Source: an uncultured Alphaproteobacteria bacterium (GTDB lineage Bacteria; Pseudomonadota; Alphaproteobacteria; Methylaequorales; Methylaequoraceae). Taken from it: a stretch of DNA of 64,000 nucleotides. Of the stretch, positions 31,301 to 42,141 are shown piece by piece (within the stretch, counting starts at the first letter, position 1; every line of letters starts with the position of its first letter). The stretch is taken from the NCBI GenBank assembly GCA_902563305.1, contig CACEWP010000003.1, forward strand, positions 35,951-99,950, written 5' to 3'. Below the pieces are notes generated by a model that was not told where the DNA came from, did not search any database, and saw nothing but the letters and a program-made list of their open reading frames with translations. Position numbers and translations under genes: made by a program.

Positions 31301-32975
31301 ACATAAAGTAGATGATAAAATTGCAAGTGTAAGACATTCAACACCTGGTGTAGGATTGATATCTCCGCCGCCTCATCATGATATTTACTCAATTGAAGAT
31401 CTTGCACAGTTAATATTCGATTTGAAGAATGTTAACCCAGATGCAAGAATAAGTGTGAAATTAGTATCAGAATTTGGTGTAGGAGTCGTAGCAGCAGGAG
31501 TAACCAAGTGTAAAGCAGATCATATAACTATAGCTGGATACGATGGAGGTACTGGAGCGTCCCCATTGACTTCAATTAAAAATGCAGGAACTCCATGGGA
31601 ACTTGGACTTGCAGAAACCCATCAAACTTTAGTTATGAACAAACTTAGAAGTAGAATATCATTACAAGTGGATGGAGGATTAAAAACTGGAAGAGATGTT
31701 ATAATTGGCGCTTTGTTGGGTGCAGATGAATTTGGCTTTTCTACTGCTCCATTAGTATCAGTTGGATGTATAATGATGAGAAAATGCCATCTTAATACTT
31801 GTCCAGTAGGAATTGCTACTCAAAATGAAATCTTGAGAAAAAAATTTAAGGGAACACCTGAGAACGTTATAAATTATTTCTTTATGGTTGCTGAAGAGGT
31901 AAGAGAAATTATGGCTCAATTAGGCATAAGAAAATTTCAGGAATTAATCGGAAAATCAGAACTATTAGAGAAAAATAAAGCAATATCGCATTGGAAAGCA
32001 AAGAATATAGATTTATCTAAAATACTATTCAAACCTAAAAATCAAAACCTAAAAGATGTTTTTAATTCCTCGTCTCAAGATCATGCATTGAGCTATGTCC
32101 TAGATAAAGAGGTTATAAAGAAAGTTTTACCTGTACTTGAGAGGAAAATTTCGACCATAGATATATTTAAAACTATCAAAAATACAGATAGGAGTTTTGG
32201 TGCAATGTTATCCGGAGATATTGCTCGAAGATTTGGTCATAAAGGTTTAAGGGAAGATTCAATAGTAATTAATCTTGAAGGAACTGCTGGCCAAAGTTTT
32301 GGTACTTTTCTGTCTGCTGGTATAACTTTATCTTTGTCTGGAGAGGCAAATGATTATGTTGGAAAAGGTTTATCAGGGGGAAAAATAATCATCAAACCAT
32401 TTAGGGATGCCAAATATAAATCAGACGAAAATATAATAGTTGGTAACACTGTCTTATATGGCGCTATCTCAGGACAATGTTTTTTCTCAGGAGTTGCTGG
32501 AGAAAGATTTGGGGTTAGAAACTCTGGAGCAATTGCTGTTGTTGAAGGTACAGGTGATCATTGTTGTGAATATATGACCGGTGGAGTTGTTATGGTTCTT
32601 GGTAAGACAGGAGTTAATTTTGGCGCTGGTATGAGCGGAGGAATATCATACGTCTATCAAAATAAAGATGAGTTTAAGAAAAAATGTAATTTATCTATGA
32701 TTAATATCTTGAGAGTAAAAAAAACCAAGCATATTTTTCCCGAAAAACTTTTTGATAAATATAATTATCTTTTTAACGATGAATTGCGAATTAAAGAATT
32801 GTTAAAAAGACATCTAAACTTTACTGGCTCACTAGTCGCAAAAAGAATTTTAGAAAATTTTGATGAAGAAATTAATAATTTTGTTAAGATTCTACCAATA
32901 GATTTTGAAAATGTTTTATCAAAGAGGATAGAGAAAGAAAAAAATTTAAAGGTTGTAAATTTATGGCAAAAGTAA
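28398..32975 (+). CDS. gltB: Glutamate synthase (NADPH) large subunit
   Basis: About 1520 aa. It has the Ntn-amidotransferase Cys in DSCGIGFVA, the FMN/Fe-S central domain and the GXGXG C-terminal domain. The likely ATG start is at 28410 or 28416 rather than TTG at 28398. Confidence 0.97.
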   Translation: MINLMRMNKKVKSGLYDPKNEKDSCGIGFVANIYDIPSRTIVENGLKILSNLTHRGAVSADPKAGDGVGLLTQIPHQFFQKELSKYDIILPRPDDYAIGMLFLPRDEEEKAHCIKTIDKHLNNLKLENLYVRDVPRNVSVLGDSIKGNEPSIIQIFIKQRFQASKINEFEQRLFIARRRIEIELKSFDFYISSLSSKTLIYKGMIMSDSLKEYYDDLKDEMFISSIAIVHQRFSTNTFPSWELAQPFRFLCHNGEINTLRGNANWMNARACVSNSEIFLKEFQNLNPLIFDGLSDSAAFDNALEYLMMGGYDIEHAMMLLIPEAWEKNEQNLLMKDYYEYYSNYIEPWDGPAAMCFSNGKKIGAILDRNGLRPSRYIQTEDGMIMLSSEMGVLDIDPKKVVKRWRLEPGKIFLIDLMEKRVITNDEIKLKLAKKFDYRKSLDRNQIFLNELKTKNNVKEINQDELVKFQIAYGYNKEDINFFIEPIVKLGVEPIGSMGTDTPISLLSDQSKLLFSYFKQCFAQVTNPPIDPIREELVMSLDMTLGEKPNIFDTPEENMKSRLEISQPILTNSETQIIKDLEKLTRGKVRAATIDILFKNSNNSDELKDGLERICFEAKSLISDGFNVLILSDRNISKVNAPIPSLLAVSAVHHYLIEQGLRMKTSLIVETGEARELHHFAVLAGYGAEAINPYVVFETISSLVQEKDYKISENNFIKASGKAIQKIMSKMGISTLKSYCGAQIFDAIGISEDVINQYFPGTASLIGGLTLKQIQEETISRYSKCFVSEDNNQSLDEGGEFAFRIKGEKHSWSPSSITNLQKAVRINSKEHFNKFSEKINNHNRSMYTIRSLFEFNKTKKIPVEKVEPASEIVKRFSTGAMSYGSISREAHTTLALAMNRIGGKSNTGEGGEEPERFIKLKNGDSMKSAIKQVASGRFGVTTEYLINAKDIQIKISQGAKPGEGGQLPGHKVDDKIASVRHSTPGVGLISPPPHHDIYSIEDLAQLIFDLKNVNPDARISVKLVSEFGVGVVAAGVTKCKADHITIAGYDGGTGASPLTSIKNAGTPWELGLAETHQTLVMNKLRSRISLQVDGGLKTGRDVIIGALLGADEFGFSTAPLVSVGCIMMRKCHLNTCPVGIATQNEILRKKFKGTPENVINYFFMVAEEVREIMAQLGIRKFQELIGKSELLEKNKAISHWKAKNIDLSKILFKPKNQNLKDVFNSSSQDHALSYVLDKEVIKKVLPVLERKISTIDIFKTIKNTDRSFGAMLSGDIARRFGHKGLREDSIVINLEGTAGQSFGTFLSAGITLSLSGEANDYVGKGLSGGKIIIKPFRDAKYKSDENIIVGNTVLYGAISGQCFFSGVAGERFGVRNSGAIAVVEGTGDHCCEYMTGGVVMVLGKTGVNFGAGMSGGISYVYQNKDEFKKKCNLSMINILRVKKTKHIFPEKLFDKYNYLFNDELRIKELLKRHLNFTGSLVAKRILENFDEEINNFVKILPIDFENVLSKRIEKEKNLKVVNLWQK

Positions 32976-34411
32976 CTGGATTTCTTGAACATGATAGAGC
33001 TGATAATGAATCATTAGCACCCAAGAAAAGACTTAAAAATTTTGAAGAATTCGTTTTGCCTTTTCCAGATAAAACGTTAAATGAGCAAGCTTCGAGATGT
33101 ATGGACTGTGGAATTCCTTATTGTCATGATTCATGTCCAATAAATAATATTATACCAGAGTGGAATAATTTAGTTTATGAAAGAGACTGGAAAGTTGCTC
33201 TGGACGTTCTTCATTCCACTAATAACTTTCCTGAATTTACTAGTAGGATTTGCCCTGCTCCATGCGAAGCGGCTTGTACTTTAAATATTGATGATAGTCC
33301 GGTAACAATTAAAAGCATCGAAAGATCTATTATAGATAAAGCATACAAAAAGGGTTGGTTGTTACCACAAATTAATAATAAAAAAACTAATAAAAGAGTA
33401 GTTGTTATTGGTTCAGGCCCTGCTGGTTTGGCATGTTCGCAGCAGTTAGCCAGAGCCGGACACGATGTTACACTGTACGAAAAAAATGATCGAATTGGTG
33501 GATTACTAAGGTATGGAATACCAAATTTTAAGATGGAAAAACATCTAATTGACAAGAGAATTGAACAAATGAGTAAAGAAGGTGTTAGATTTAAATGTAA
33601 TACAAAAATAGGTGAAGATGTATCATTTAAAGAAATATTAAATGATTTCGATGCAGTTGTTTTAGCATGTGGTTCTGAACAACCAAGAGATTTAGATATT
33701 CCAGGAAGAGATCTAAAAGGTATTCACTTTGCTATGGATTTCTTAACACTGCAGAATAAGATATGTGAAGGGGATAATATTAAATTAGAAAACGAGTTTA
33801 ATGCAAGAGATAAAAACGTGGTTGTAATTGGAGGTGGAGACACAGGGTCTGACTGTATTGGAACTTCAAATCGTCAAGGTGCAAGTTCGATTACACAACT
33901 AGAGATTTTAGACAAACCGCCAGTAAAAGAGGATAAAATGTTAACATGGCCTAACTGGCCGCTCAAATTAAGAACTTCATCTTCACATGAGGAAGGAGCA
34001 AATAGGAATTGGAGCGTATCAACAAAACTTTTTAAAGGCGATGGAAATAAAGTAAAAAGCTTAACATTAAAAAAAATTGAATGGGAAAAAAATGCTGAAG
34101 GTAAAATGCAAATTAAAGATAGTTCTGATGAAAACTCAGAGATGACAATTAAAGCAGATCTAGTTTTATTAGCTATGGGCTTTGTTCACCCAGTAAAAGA
34201 TAGATTGATACAAGATTCTGGTATTGAGCTAGATTCGAGAGGTAACGTCAAAGCTAATGATATAGATTATAAAACTAATATTAAGAAAGTCTTTGTCTCT
34301 GGTGACATGAGAAGAGGTCAATCACTAGTTGTTTGGGCAATAAGAGAGGGCAGACAGGTAGCCCACAATGTTGATAAATTTTTGATGGGAAGTACAAAAC
34401 TTCCTTTGTAA
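32963..34411 (+). CDS. gltD: Glutamate synthase small subunit
   Basis: 482 aa with [39 protein letters not shown] and [11 protein letters not shown]. It overlaps gltB by 13 nt. Confidence 0.96.
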   Translation: MAKVTGFLEHDRADNESLAPKKRLKNFEEFVLPFPDKTLNEQASRCMDCGIPYCHDSCPINNIIPEWNNLVYERDWKVALDVLHSTNNFPEFTSRICPAPCEAACTLNIDDSPVTIKSIERSIIDKAYKKGWLLPQINNKKTNKRVVVIGSGPAGLACSQQLARAGHDVTLYEKNDRIGGLLRYGIPNFKMEKHLIDKRIEQMSKEGVRFKCNTKIGEDVSFKEILNDFDAVVLACGSEQPRDLDIPGRDLKGIHFAMDFLTLQNKICEGDNIKLENEFNARDKNVVVIGGGDTGSDCIGTSNRQGASSITQLEILDKPPVKEDKMLTWPNWPLKLRTSSSHEEGANRNWSVSTKLFKGDGNKVKSLTLKKIEWEKNAEGKMQIKDSSDENSEMTIKADLVLLAMGFVHPVKDRLIQDSGIELDSRGNVKANDIDYKTNIKKVFVSGDMRRGQSLVVWAIREGRQVAHNVDKFLMGSTKLPL

Positions 34412-34485
34412 AGATTCTGAATGTTCAAACTTCGCAATAAGTTTTTAATTAGAAAATTATGTTTTTTTGTCAAGTCAGATTATAA

Positions 34486-35220
34486 ATGAGTGAAAGAATC
34501 TCATTTGTTTTAACAAGTTGCGGACGAACTGATCTGCTCGATAGAACTCTTGAAAGCTTCTTCAATTTTAATAACTTCCCAATAGAAGAATTTTATCTCA
34601 CAGAGGATTCTGTGGATGACAAGACATATTCTCATATTAAAAAAAAATGGGAAAAAAAAATACATCTGCTCTTTAATGATAAAAAAAAGGGTCAGATACA
34701 ATCTATTGTTGACGCATATAAATTAATAAAGACACCTTATATCTTCCATTGTGAGGATGATTGGATTTACACGAGAAAAAATTTTATTCAAGATTCATTC
34801 AAGATTCTTGATTATGATTCAAAAATAATACAGGTATGGTTGGAAAGTAAAAAAAGCGCCAGTAGATTAGATATTTTCAATTATGGTCCATTGATAGAAC
34901 ATAAAGGAATTGGATTTAGAAAGGTTTTCTGTAAAGAAGGATGGGAATGGGGTTATTTTTCGTTTAGACCAGGTGTGAAAAGAATGAAAGATTATAATTT
35001 AATAGGCGGTTATGAAAATTATAAAAATGAGTTGGATATTGGTGTATCATATAAAAAATTGGGTTTTTACTCTGTGATCATAGAAGAACCTGCTGTTAAG
35101 GATATAGGTTTGGATCAAACAATATTTGATCCAACTAGAAAGTGGCCAAAAAGAAGAAAGACTAATGCACCAAGAGGTCTAAAAAGACTTTGGAAGCATC
35201 TAAAAAATCTTAAATTTTAA
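34486..35220 (+). CDS. Putative GT-A fold glycosyltransferase
   Basis: 244 aa. ISFVLTSCGRTDLLDRTLESF and HCEDDW (a DxD-like motif) are typical of family-2-like glycosyltransferases. This is the first gene after gltD and I take it as the start of the accessory island. Confidence 0.6.
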   Translation: MSERISFVLTSCGRTDLLDRTLESFFNFNNFPIEEFYLTEDSVDDKTYSHIKKKWEKKIHLLFNDKKKGQIQSIVDAYKLIKTPYIFHCEDDWIYTRKNFIQDSFKILDYDSKIIQVWLESKKSASRLDIFNYGPLIEHKGIGFRKVFCKEGWEWGYFSFRPGVKRMKDYNLIGGYENYKNELDIGVSYKKLGFYSVIIEEPAVKDIGLDQTIFDPTRKWPKRRKTNAPRGLKRLWKHLKNLKF

Positions 35221-35222
35221 AT

Positions 35223-35363
35223 TTAAACATCATTATTTTTTGTGTTTTTGCGCTCTTCGTACTTAGCTAACTTAGCTTTATAATCTGACTCTGAAAGATC
35301 ATGCCATCCTACGCAAAAACCTGTAGGGGATCTACCACACCCACATTCAGTTTTATTATTCAT
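35223..35363 (-). CDS. 46-aa Cys-rich protein with a CDGSH-like 3Cys-1His signature (not in the ORF track)
   Basis: Hand translation gives MNNKTECGCGRSPTGFCVGWHDLSESDYKAKLAKYEERKNTKNNDV. The ATG at 35363 is preceded by AGGAG with a 6-nt spacer, which is rare in this window. The segment is locally GC-richer than its flanks. Confidence 0.5.
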   Translation of the reverse strand: MNNKTECGCGRSPTGFCVGWHDLSESDYKAKLAKYEERKNTKNNDV

Positions 35364-35411
35364 ACAATTCTCCTAATTATAATATAGTTAAAAATATAAA
35401 AAAAAGAAGAA

Positions 35412-36053
35412 TTATTTTTTATAAAAATAATTTTGAAATTTAATTTTTATTATAAAAATGAAAACTAGAAAAAAAACTATTAAAAGGATTGGTGTTAATA
35501 ATTCATTATATAAAATGGTGAGATCAAAGTTTGAAATTAAAATTTCCGATGATTGAATTAATCTATTCAAAACGAATACAAATAAAATTATCTGAGGTGA
35601 CTCAGATAAAATTGTAGCTATTGTAAATTGTTTTATATTTAAATTAAAAAAAACTCCAGAGAAATTCTTAATCATGAATGGAATACCAGGAATAAATCGA
35701 AAAATTATGAATAAGAAAAATGCATTGTTTTTTACATTAAATTTTTTTAACTCAAAATCAATAGACCCTTTAAGGCTTTTAGCAAAAATAAAGGAAATAC
35801 TAGAACCAATAGTGAATGATACAATTGAAATAATACAACTAGTATATCCAAAAAATAAAGTTGAAATAACTAAAATTGGACTCACAATGCCAACTAAACA
35901 GATCCAAAGAATCGAAATAATAAAGTAAGCTGACATATATAATAATCTATTTTGATCTACTTTAAATTTAAGATCTTCGTAGTATCTAAATAAAAGTTCA
36001 AAGTTATTTTGTTCAAATTTCTCACTAGTAAAAATTAATAAAATTAAAATCAA
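35412..36053 (-). CDS. TVP38/TMEM64 (DedA-related) family membrane protein
   Basis: 213 aa polytopic protein. FRFIPGIPFMIKNFSGVFFNLNIKQF resembles the TVP38 core. There is no ATG start; the frame stays open upstream to about 36130, so the start is uncertain. Confidence 0.55.
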   Translation of the reverse strand: MILILLIFTSEKFEQNNFELLFRYYEDLKFKVDQNRLLYMSAYFIISILWICLVGIVSPILVISTLFFGYTSCIISIVSFTIGSSISFIFAKSLKGSIDFELKKFNVKNNAFFLFIIFRFIPGIPFMIKNFSGVFFNLNIKQFTIATILSESPQIILFVFVLNRLIQSSEILISNFDLTILYNELLTPILLIVFFLVFIFIIKIKFQNYFYKK

Positions 36054-36537
36054 GCAAATTAATAACGAGAATCCGAATAGATAGAATTTTTGTATTTTAA
36101 AGATCTCCCATTTTTTTGTCAGGTTTAATCTGAATTACTTCTATAACAATCCAAGGGTTAATCTAAGGATCAATAATACAATATTAAAAAAGATCATTTA
36201 TTTCAATTTAATTTTAATACTTAAAGCTTAACTAAAATAATTAAGACAATTTGAAAGAAGTTTTTGTGAAGTTGAAAACTCATAAGTAATTTATCAAGTT
36301 CATTCAAAAGCTCTAATTTATAATCTTTTTTTTTAAAACTGAGAGTAAAATCGATAATTCAATTTTTTTTATCACCGCAACTTTGTAAACTTTTACCGAT
36401 ATAAATTCCAGAATAAAAGAAATTAAAATTCCCATTTTTAGAAATACTTTTTTTAATGTCTACTGTAAGCATATTCTTTTAAATCTATAAAAGTACAGCG
36501 CGAATATTTTATCAGAAAGTTGTAAAAATCAATAAAA

Positions 36538-37170
36538 CTATATTAGCTTAGTTTTTTTTATTTCTTTTAAAACATCGTACCTAAAGTCTTTTTGTGCTTT
36601 GCTTACAGAAAAAATGAGTACGGAGAGATTTTTTTTAATTATTGTTTTATTACTAATTCCTAATTCAAAGCTTTTATATAATAAAAAAATTAAATCTATT
36701 CTAGATTCATAAGTTCTTGATAAAATGAGTTTACTATGTTCAGACCAAAGTTTATTTATAGTTTGTAAACGCTTAGGGTAATTTTTATCAACCTTATCTA
36801 TAAAGGACCAATGACAAATACTGTCTTGGATAATCTGATTCGCGTAGGCTTTTAACCTTTCTTCTTCTTCAAACAGTTTTTGTAATATTAAAAATAAACT
36901 AAAGGCAAAAGAATGCATTTCTATTCTCTCTAATTTTTGAAATTTAGATTTAAAAATTTTTTGATAAAAATTATTATGAAAAATTTTTATTTTTTTTTTA
37001 AAAGGTTGATTAAATAATATTTCAATTGTCATAATGACTAAAAAAAAACTCAAGGAAAATAAAATTTCTTTTTTTGAATCTATATTACTAAAAATTAATT
37101 TAGGATTATAATCTATTGGTTTGAATTGTGTTTGCCATAACTTAGCTGAATCTGTATATTTTTTTTGCAT
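36538..37170 (-). CDS. Hypothetical protein
   Basis: 210-aa ORF with one hydrophobic segment and no recognisable family. Coding status rests on ORF length only. Confidence 0.5.
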   Translation of the reverse strand: MQKKYTDSAKLWQTQFKPIDYNPKLIFSNIDSKKEILFSLSFFLVIMTIEILFNQPFKKKIKIFHNNFYQKIFKSKFQKLERIEMHSFAFSLFLILQKLFEEEERLKAYANQIIQDSICHWSFIDKVDKNYPKRLQTINKLWSEHSKLILSRTYESRIDLIFLLYKSFELGISNKTIIKKNLSVLIFSVSKAQKDFRYDVLKEIKKTKLI

Positions 37171-37258
37171 GTTAAACTAACAATATTTTTTAAATTAATA
37201 ATCAAAAGTGACTCATAAATATTTTAAAAGATAAGTATATAAATGTTATAGTAAATAT

Positions 37259-37837
37259 GTGAAAAATAAAATTGATATCTTTTATGATCATTTACTTCTT
37301 ATTTGTAGAAAGAAAAAAGCGAAAAAGTTTTTATATTTAATTTCTTTTCTTGAATCAATAATTTTTCCACTCCCAACAGACCCTTTTTTAATTCCGTTTA
37401 TCATCGCAGAAAAGAGATTTTTCTATCTTGCTGGAATTGTCACAATTTTTTCTGTTCTAGGTGGGGTGTTTGCATATGTAATAGGAAGCTTTGCTTGGTT
37501 TAAAATTCAACCATTCTTTGAGGTTCACTATACTGATATCAATTTACTTATTAGCGAATTTGAGAATAATTATAATGATCTTGGAATTTTATTGATTTTG
37601 ATGGGAGGATTTTCTCCATTTCCTTACAAAATAACATGCTTGGCGTCAGGTATTTTGGGGATAAATATTTTACTTTTTATTTTACTATCTATTTTGTCTA
37701 GAGGGCTTAGATTTTTAATTGTTTCATTTCTAATTTTTAAATATGGAGAGTTGTCTCTTAATATTATAAAAAAAAATATTCTGCTATTAAGCTTTATTTT
37801 GTTAGTACTTTCAGTTTTTGTCTATTTTATTTTTTAG
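37259..37837 (+). CDS. YqaA/DedA-like membrane protein
   Basis: 192 aa with a GTG start. LESIIFPLPTDPFLIPFII is typical of YqaA-type DedA proteins. Confidence 0.65.
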   Translation: MKNKIDIFYDHLLLICRKKKAKKFLYLISFLESIIFPLPTDPFLIPFIIAEKRFFYLAGIVTIFSVLGGVFAYVIGSFAWFKIQPFFEVHYTDINLLISEFENNYNDLGILLILMGGFSPFPYKITCLASGILGINILLFILLSILSRGLRFLIVSFLIFKYGELSLNIIKKNILLLSFILLVLSVFVYFIF

Positions 37838-39227
37838 TCCTTTTGTATGGATCATCTAAACGAATTATATCTGATTCTTTAAGTATTTTTCCCATTTGGA
37901 CTTCAATTATTTCAAGATCTGAATTTCCAATATTTTTAATACAATGAACTACACCTTTAGGAATATATGTTGATTCATTTTTTTTTAAAGTTTTCTTTGA
38001 CTTTCCTTTTCTTATTTCTGCTACACCATCTACAATTACCCAATGCTCCGAACGAAATTTATGAAACTGAAGAGATAATCTATGCTTAGGTTTAATGGTT
38101 AGTTTTTTTACCAAATAATTTGGTGAATCAATAAATGTTTCATAGTGACCCCATGGTCTGTAGAATAAATTTTGAAAATTACAAATATCCTTATTTCCTT
38201 TTTCTTGTAAAATGTCTTTAACTTTATTTATATTTTTCTTAGAGCTAATTAAAAGAGAATCTTTTTTTGCAACTACTACAACGTTTGGAATATCGTTTAA
38301 AATAGTGTTTCTTTTATCACTTATGACATTAGAATTCTTTGAGTTGTTAATAATTCTGACTTTTTTATCAAGTTTTACATTCTTATCTGACAATTCAGTT
38401 AATGTATTCCAAGAGCCCAAATCTCTCCATGATTGACGGAACTTTACCATGGTCAATGAATTATTTTTTTCTAATATCGCTTTATCAAATGATAAGTTAG
38501 GCAAATTTTTCATTTTTGTCTGGTCTGTCTCCAAAAAATTTAAATCTCTTTTTAATTCTGATACTATTTGGCTACAAAGTGAAAACATTTTTGGACTGTA
38601 ATTTTTGAATTCAGATAATATGGTTTTGTTGTTAAGTAAAAAGATACCTGAATTCCAGAAGAATCCCTTATTTATAAAACCCTTAGCTCTTCCCTTACTT
38701 GGTTTTTCATAGAATTTTGTAACTTCCGATATCTGTTGTTTTTCATTTTTTATAGATATATAACCATAATCAGTTGAAGGAAATTCCGGTTTAATACCAT
38801 AAATTATATGCCTTTTATTTTTTTTTAAATTTTTTGGAATTAATTTAGCGTAATTTCTATTTGGAATGAAATGGTCAGAAGGAAGAACTAAGGATTTTTC
38901 TGATTTTATTTTTCTTATTGAATATAAAACACCTAAAAGAACCGAAGTTGCTGTATTTTTTGAAATCTTTTCTACAATGATATCCGAGTATGATATTTTA
39001 AATTTAGTTAAACTTTCTAAAATTAAAAATTTATGTTCTTCTGAACAAATTATTAGAGGCTTATTAAATTTTTTAGGATCCTTTAATCCAAATAATGTCT
39101 GTTCAAAAATATTATATTTAGAGTCGAATGGTAATTTTAAAAATTGTTTTGGTTTGCTTTTAGTCGAAAGTGGCCACAACCTTGATCCAATTCCTCCAGA
39201 TAAAATTATAGGTGTAACTTTATTCAC
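37827..39227 (-). CDS. manC: Mannose-1-phosphate guanylyltransferase / mannose-6-phosphate isomerase (type II PMI)
   Basis: 466 aa with the N-terminal [14 protein letters not shown] and a C-terminal cupin (RPWGHYE...[11 protein letters not shown]). It overlaps gmd by 8 nt. Confidence 0.92.
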   Translation of the reverse strand: MNKVTPIILSGGIGSRLWPLSTKSKPKQFLKLPFDSKYNIFEQTLFGLKDPKKFNKPLIICSEEHKFLILESLTKFKISYSDIIVEKISKNTATSVLLGVLYSIRKIKSEKSLVLPSDHFIPNRNYAKLIPKNLKKNKRHIIYGIKPEFPSTDYGYISIKNEKQQISEVTKFYEKPSKGRAKGFINKGFFWNSGIFLLNNKTILSEFKNYSPKMFSLCSQIVSELKRDLNFLETDQTKMKNLPNLSFDKAILEKNNSLTMVKFRQSWRDLGSWNTLTELSDKNVKLDKKVRIINNSKNSNVISDKRNTILNDIPNVVVVAKKDSLLISSKKNINKVKDILQEKGNKDICNFQNLFYRPWGHYETFIDSPNYLVKKLTIKPKHRLSLQFHKFRSEHWVIVDGVAEIRKGKSKKTLKKNESTYIPKGVVHCIKNIGNSDLEIIEVQMGKILKESDIIRLDDPYKRTKK

Positions 39228-40269
39228 AGTCCGATTTTATTTTTTTTAGATCACTTGTCATCATTTCTTTAACAAGTTCTCGGAACGAGATTTTACTTCT
39301 CCAATTAAGCTTTTTCCTTGCTTTTGAGGCATTTCCGCAAAGATAGTTTACTTCAAGTGGTCTATAATATTGTTTATCTATTTCAACTAGTATTTTACCA
39401 CTTTTTTTATCTATACCTTTTTCGTTAATACCTTTTCCCCTCCAAATTATATTTATATTTACAAAAGCAAATGCCGTTTCAACAAAATTTCTTACCGAAT
39501 ATGTTTTTCCTGTAGCTAATACGAAGTCATCGGGTTTTTTGTACTGAAGTATTTTCCACATACCATTAACATAATCTTTTACATGCCCCCAATCTCTTTT
39601 TGAATCAAGATTTCCCAAATAGATTTTTTTTCTTTTTTTTGCTAATATTTCACAAATCCCCATGGTGATTTTTCTTGTTACAAAGGTTTCCCCCCTCTTA
39701 GGACCTTCATGATTAAATAAAATTCCGTTCGACGCAAAAATACCATAGGCTTCGCGATAGTTTTTTGTAATCCAATAAGAGTATAATTTGGCAACCGCAT
39801 ATGGACTTTGAGGAGAAAAGGGAGTTGATTCGCTCTGCATTTTACTGCTTGAATTTCCAAAAAGTTCAGATGTAGAAGCTTGATAAAATTTTGTTTTATT
39901 TTCAAGCCTTAAAATTTTTATTGCCTCTAAAATTCTTAAAGTTCCTAATGAATCAGCATTTGCTGTATATTCAGGTGTCTCAAAACTTACCTTTACATGG
40001 CTTTGCGCTGCAAGATTGTAGATTTCATCAGGCCTCACATCAGAAATTAATCTAATCAGATTGGTTGCATCAGTTAAGTCTCCATAATGCAAAAGAAAGT
40101 CAGTTTTCCTTTCTAAGGGATCAACGTAAAGATGATCAACTCTTTCTGTATTAATTATCGATGATCTTCTTTTAATACCATGAACTACATAATTTTTTTT
40201 TAATAGAAATTCTGCAAGATAAGAACCATCTTGACCAGTCACACCTGTAACCAAAGCTATTTTTTTCAT
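39220..40269 (-). CDS. gmd: GDP-mannose 4,6-dehydratase
   Basis: [40 protein letters not shown] and NHEGPKRG. I place the start at ATG 40269 rather than the track's GTG at 40299. Confidence 0.95.
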   Translation of the reverse strand: MKKIALVTGVTGQDGSYLAEFLLKKNYVVHGIKRRSSIINTERVDHLYVDPLERKTDFLLHYGDLTDATNLIRLISDVRPDEIYNLAAQSHVKVSFETPEYTANADSLGTLRILEAIKILRLENKTKFYQASTSELFGNSSSKMQSESTPFSPQSPYAVAKLYSYWITKNYREAYGIFASNGILFNHEGPKRGETFVTRKITMGICEILAKKRKKIYLGNLDSKRDWGHVKDYVNGMWKILQYKKPDDFVLATGKTYSVRNFVETAFAFVNINIIWRGKGINEKGIDKKSGKILVEIDKQYYRPLEVNYLCGNASKARKKLNWRSKISFRELVKEMMTSDLKKIKSDCE

Positions 40270-40632
40270 AATTTTTATATTTACTATAATTAATAACACA
40301 TGAAATGGATTAAAAAATTAAAAATCTTATAAAATATTTATGCAGTCGAAATAATAAAAAAAAAAAAAGAAAATATTTGTTCATTGATAGAGCAATAATG
40401 CTCTAATCAGCTATCAGCAAAGCTTCCAACACCCCCTTAATTAAGTGTAGCTACACCTATCATGCTAAAATCTTTTATAAAGAAAAATTGATAGTGCTAT
40501 GATATTAATTATAAATTACAAAATATGTTATTTAAAAATTAAAACAAATTAATAAAGTCTAAAAAATTAGAAGATAAAATTTTTATTACCAAATAAATTT
40601 TTTAGTTAAATAGTTTTATTTTGTTTGATTAA

Positions 40633-41523
40633 TTGTTATGGATACATATTATGAATCAACTTATTAAAAAATATATCTATAAAAATAGAATTTCGATTCT
40701 TTTTGCAACATTAGTGTTGAGTGTTTTGTTATATTCATTTTTTTTTAAATCACATCCAAAAGTTGATTCAAATAAAGAAACTTTACATGAAGAAAATAAT
40801 AAAAGTTTGAATGCAGAATTGAAAATAAAGAAAAGTGAAACAGATAGTGAAATTCTTCAAAAAGATCATAATTCAAAAGAATTAAAATCAGAAATTGAAG
40901 ATAATAAAATTATTTCCAAAAAAAAAAAATTAACAGAAGATAAAAAGCAAAAAATAGAACAAAAAAAAATAGTTTCGAAGTCCAAACATAATGAAGATAT
41001 TTTTAAAAAAAATCCAAATGAAATAGTTTATATTTTACATAGTGGGTTAGAAAAGATTAGTCATAAAAAATCATTTGAAAGAAAAGAGATCATAGATTTA
41101 ATTAATAAAACTTTCGATATAGAAAAAATGGTCTCAATTATAATTGGAAAAAAATGGAAAGATTTGAAACCAAATATTAAAAAAGATTTAATATTAGTAT
41201 TTGAAGAGTACGTTGCAAAAAATTACTTTAAAAGATTTTCAAAAATCAGTAAACCAAAGTTTTTAATTGAGGATCAAAATAAAGTTTCACAATATCTTTT
41301 AATTAAAACAGTTCTAATCATAAAGAATTCAGAAGAGGTAAGAATTGATTATTTATTATCTAATGAAAAAAAAAGTTGGAAAATATTTGATGTTTTAATA
41401 GATGGTGCAATAAGTGAGATCGCAACAAAAAAGTCGGAGTTCAGTATCTATATAAAAAACGATAATATTGATTCCTTGATAAATGCGCTTAGGGAAATTA
41501 ATACTAAACTAATAAAGAACTGA
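40633..41523 (+). CDS. MlaC/Ttg2D-like lipid-binding periplasmic protein with a Lys/Glu-rich N-terminal extension
   Basis: The C-terminal 170 aa (FDIEKMVSIIIGKKWKDL...VFEEYVAKNYFKRF...WKIFDVLIDGAISEIATKKSEF...IDSLINAL) follow the MlaC pattern. The probable ATG start is at 40651, followed by a TM/signal segment. Confidence 0.65.
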   Translation: MLWIHIMNQLIKKYIYKNRISILFATLVLSVLLYSFFFKSHPKVDSNKETLHEENNKSLNAELKIKKSETDSEILQKDHNSKELKSEIEDNKIISKKKKLTEDKKQKIEQKKIVSKSKHNEDIFKKNPNEIVYILHSGLEKISHKKSFERKEIIDLINKTFDIEKMVSIIIGKKWKDLKPNIKKDLILVFEEYVAKNYFKRFSKISKPKFLIEDQNKVSQYLLIKTVLIIKNSEEVRIDYLLSNEKKSWKIFDVLIDGAISEIATKKSEFSIYIKNDNIDSLINALREINTKLIKN

Positions 41524-41715
41524 TCAAAGAATATTTATTCTCAAATAAAACCATGCAGTATTTTCTTGTAAAATCTCTGTAAGTACTGTAATTCCAGGAA
41601 AAAATAGAATAAAATAATTTAAATGTTTTTATAAAATATTATTAAATTCTTAAAAAATATTAACAAACAACTTAATTTAATTTAATAAACGAAAGTTATT
41701 TAAAATATAATTGAA

Positions 41716-42117
41716 TTAATTTTTCCAGCAAACTAAATCGCTAAATTGAGAATTAAAAGTCTGGATTAATAGATGAGACGGGGGATAAAATTCAAAATTA
41801 ATTTCAAAATAATCATTTGTTTTTTTAACTGAATGAGCTTTATAGTAAAAATATGAAGTATCAATTGGACTTGACAGTTTTTTAATATTTCCTTTTTTAA
41901 CAATATACGTTTTTCTATTTTTTGATTCGTAAACTTTAAATGTAATTTTTTTTTCTAATTCATTACCTTCAAAACCTGGAATACTAAACTTTAACCGTGG
42001 ACCAATTTCATCTGCACATGTGAATGTTTGGAAATCATAATTTTTTGCGTATATTTTTTGAGATATTGTTAATAAAACCAGAAGTAAAATTCCAATCTTA
42101 TTTTTAATTTTTAACAT
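41716..42117 (-). CDS. Small secreted hypothetical protein
   Basis: 133 aa with a signal peptide (ILLLVLLTISQKIYA). No family was recognised. Confidence 0.55.
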   Translation of the reverse strand: MLKIKNKIGILLLVLLTISQKIYAKNYDFQTFTCADEIGPRLKFSIPGFEGNELEKKITFKVYESKNRKTYIVKKGNIKKLSSPIDTSYFYYKAHSVKKTNDYFEINFEFYPPSHLLIQTFNSQFSDLVCWKN

Positions 42118-42141
42118 AAATGATATTTATTAAAAATTATT

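Noticed and set aside
34420-34445. gttcaaacttcg just after gltD resembles the variable arm of tRNA-Leu (gttgaacttcgg), which could mark a left-end repeat of the island.
   Set aside because: It is short, imperfect and in the opposite orientation to the other two copies. It is most likely coincidence.
40350-40362. An intergenic A13 run upstream of gmd, considered as a possible phase-variable promoter spacer.
   Set aside because: I could not place it relative to a -35/-10 pair. Without a mapped promoter, the idea is unsupported.
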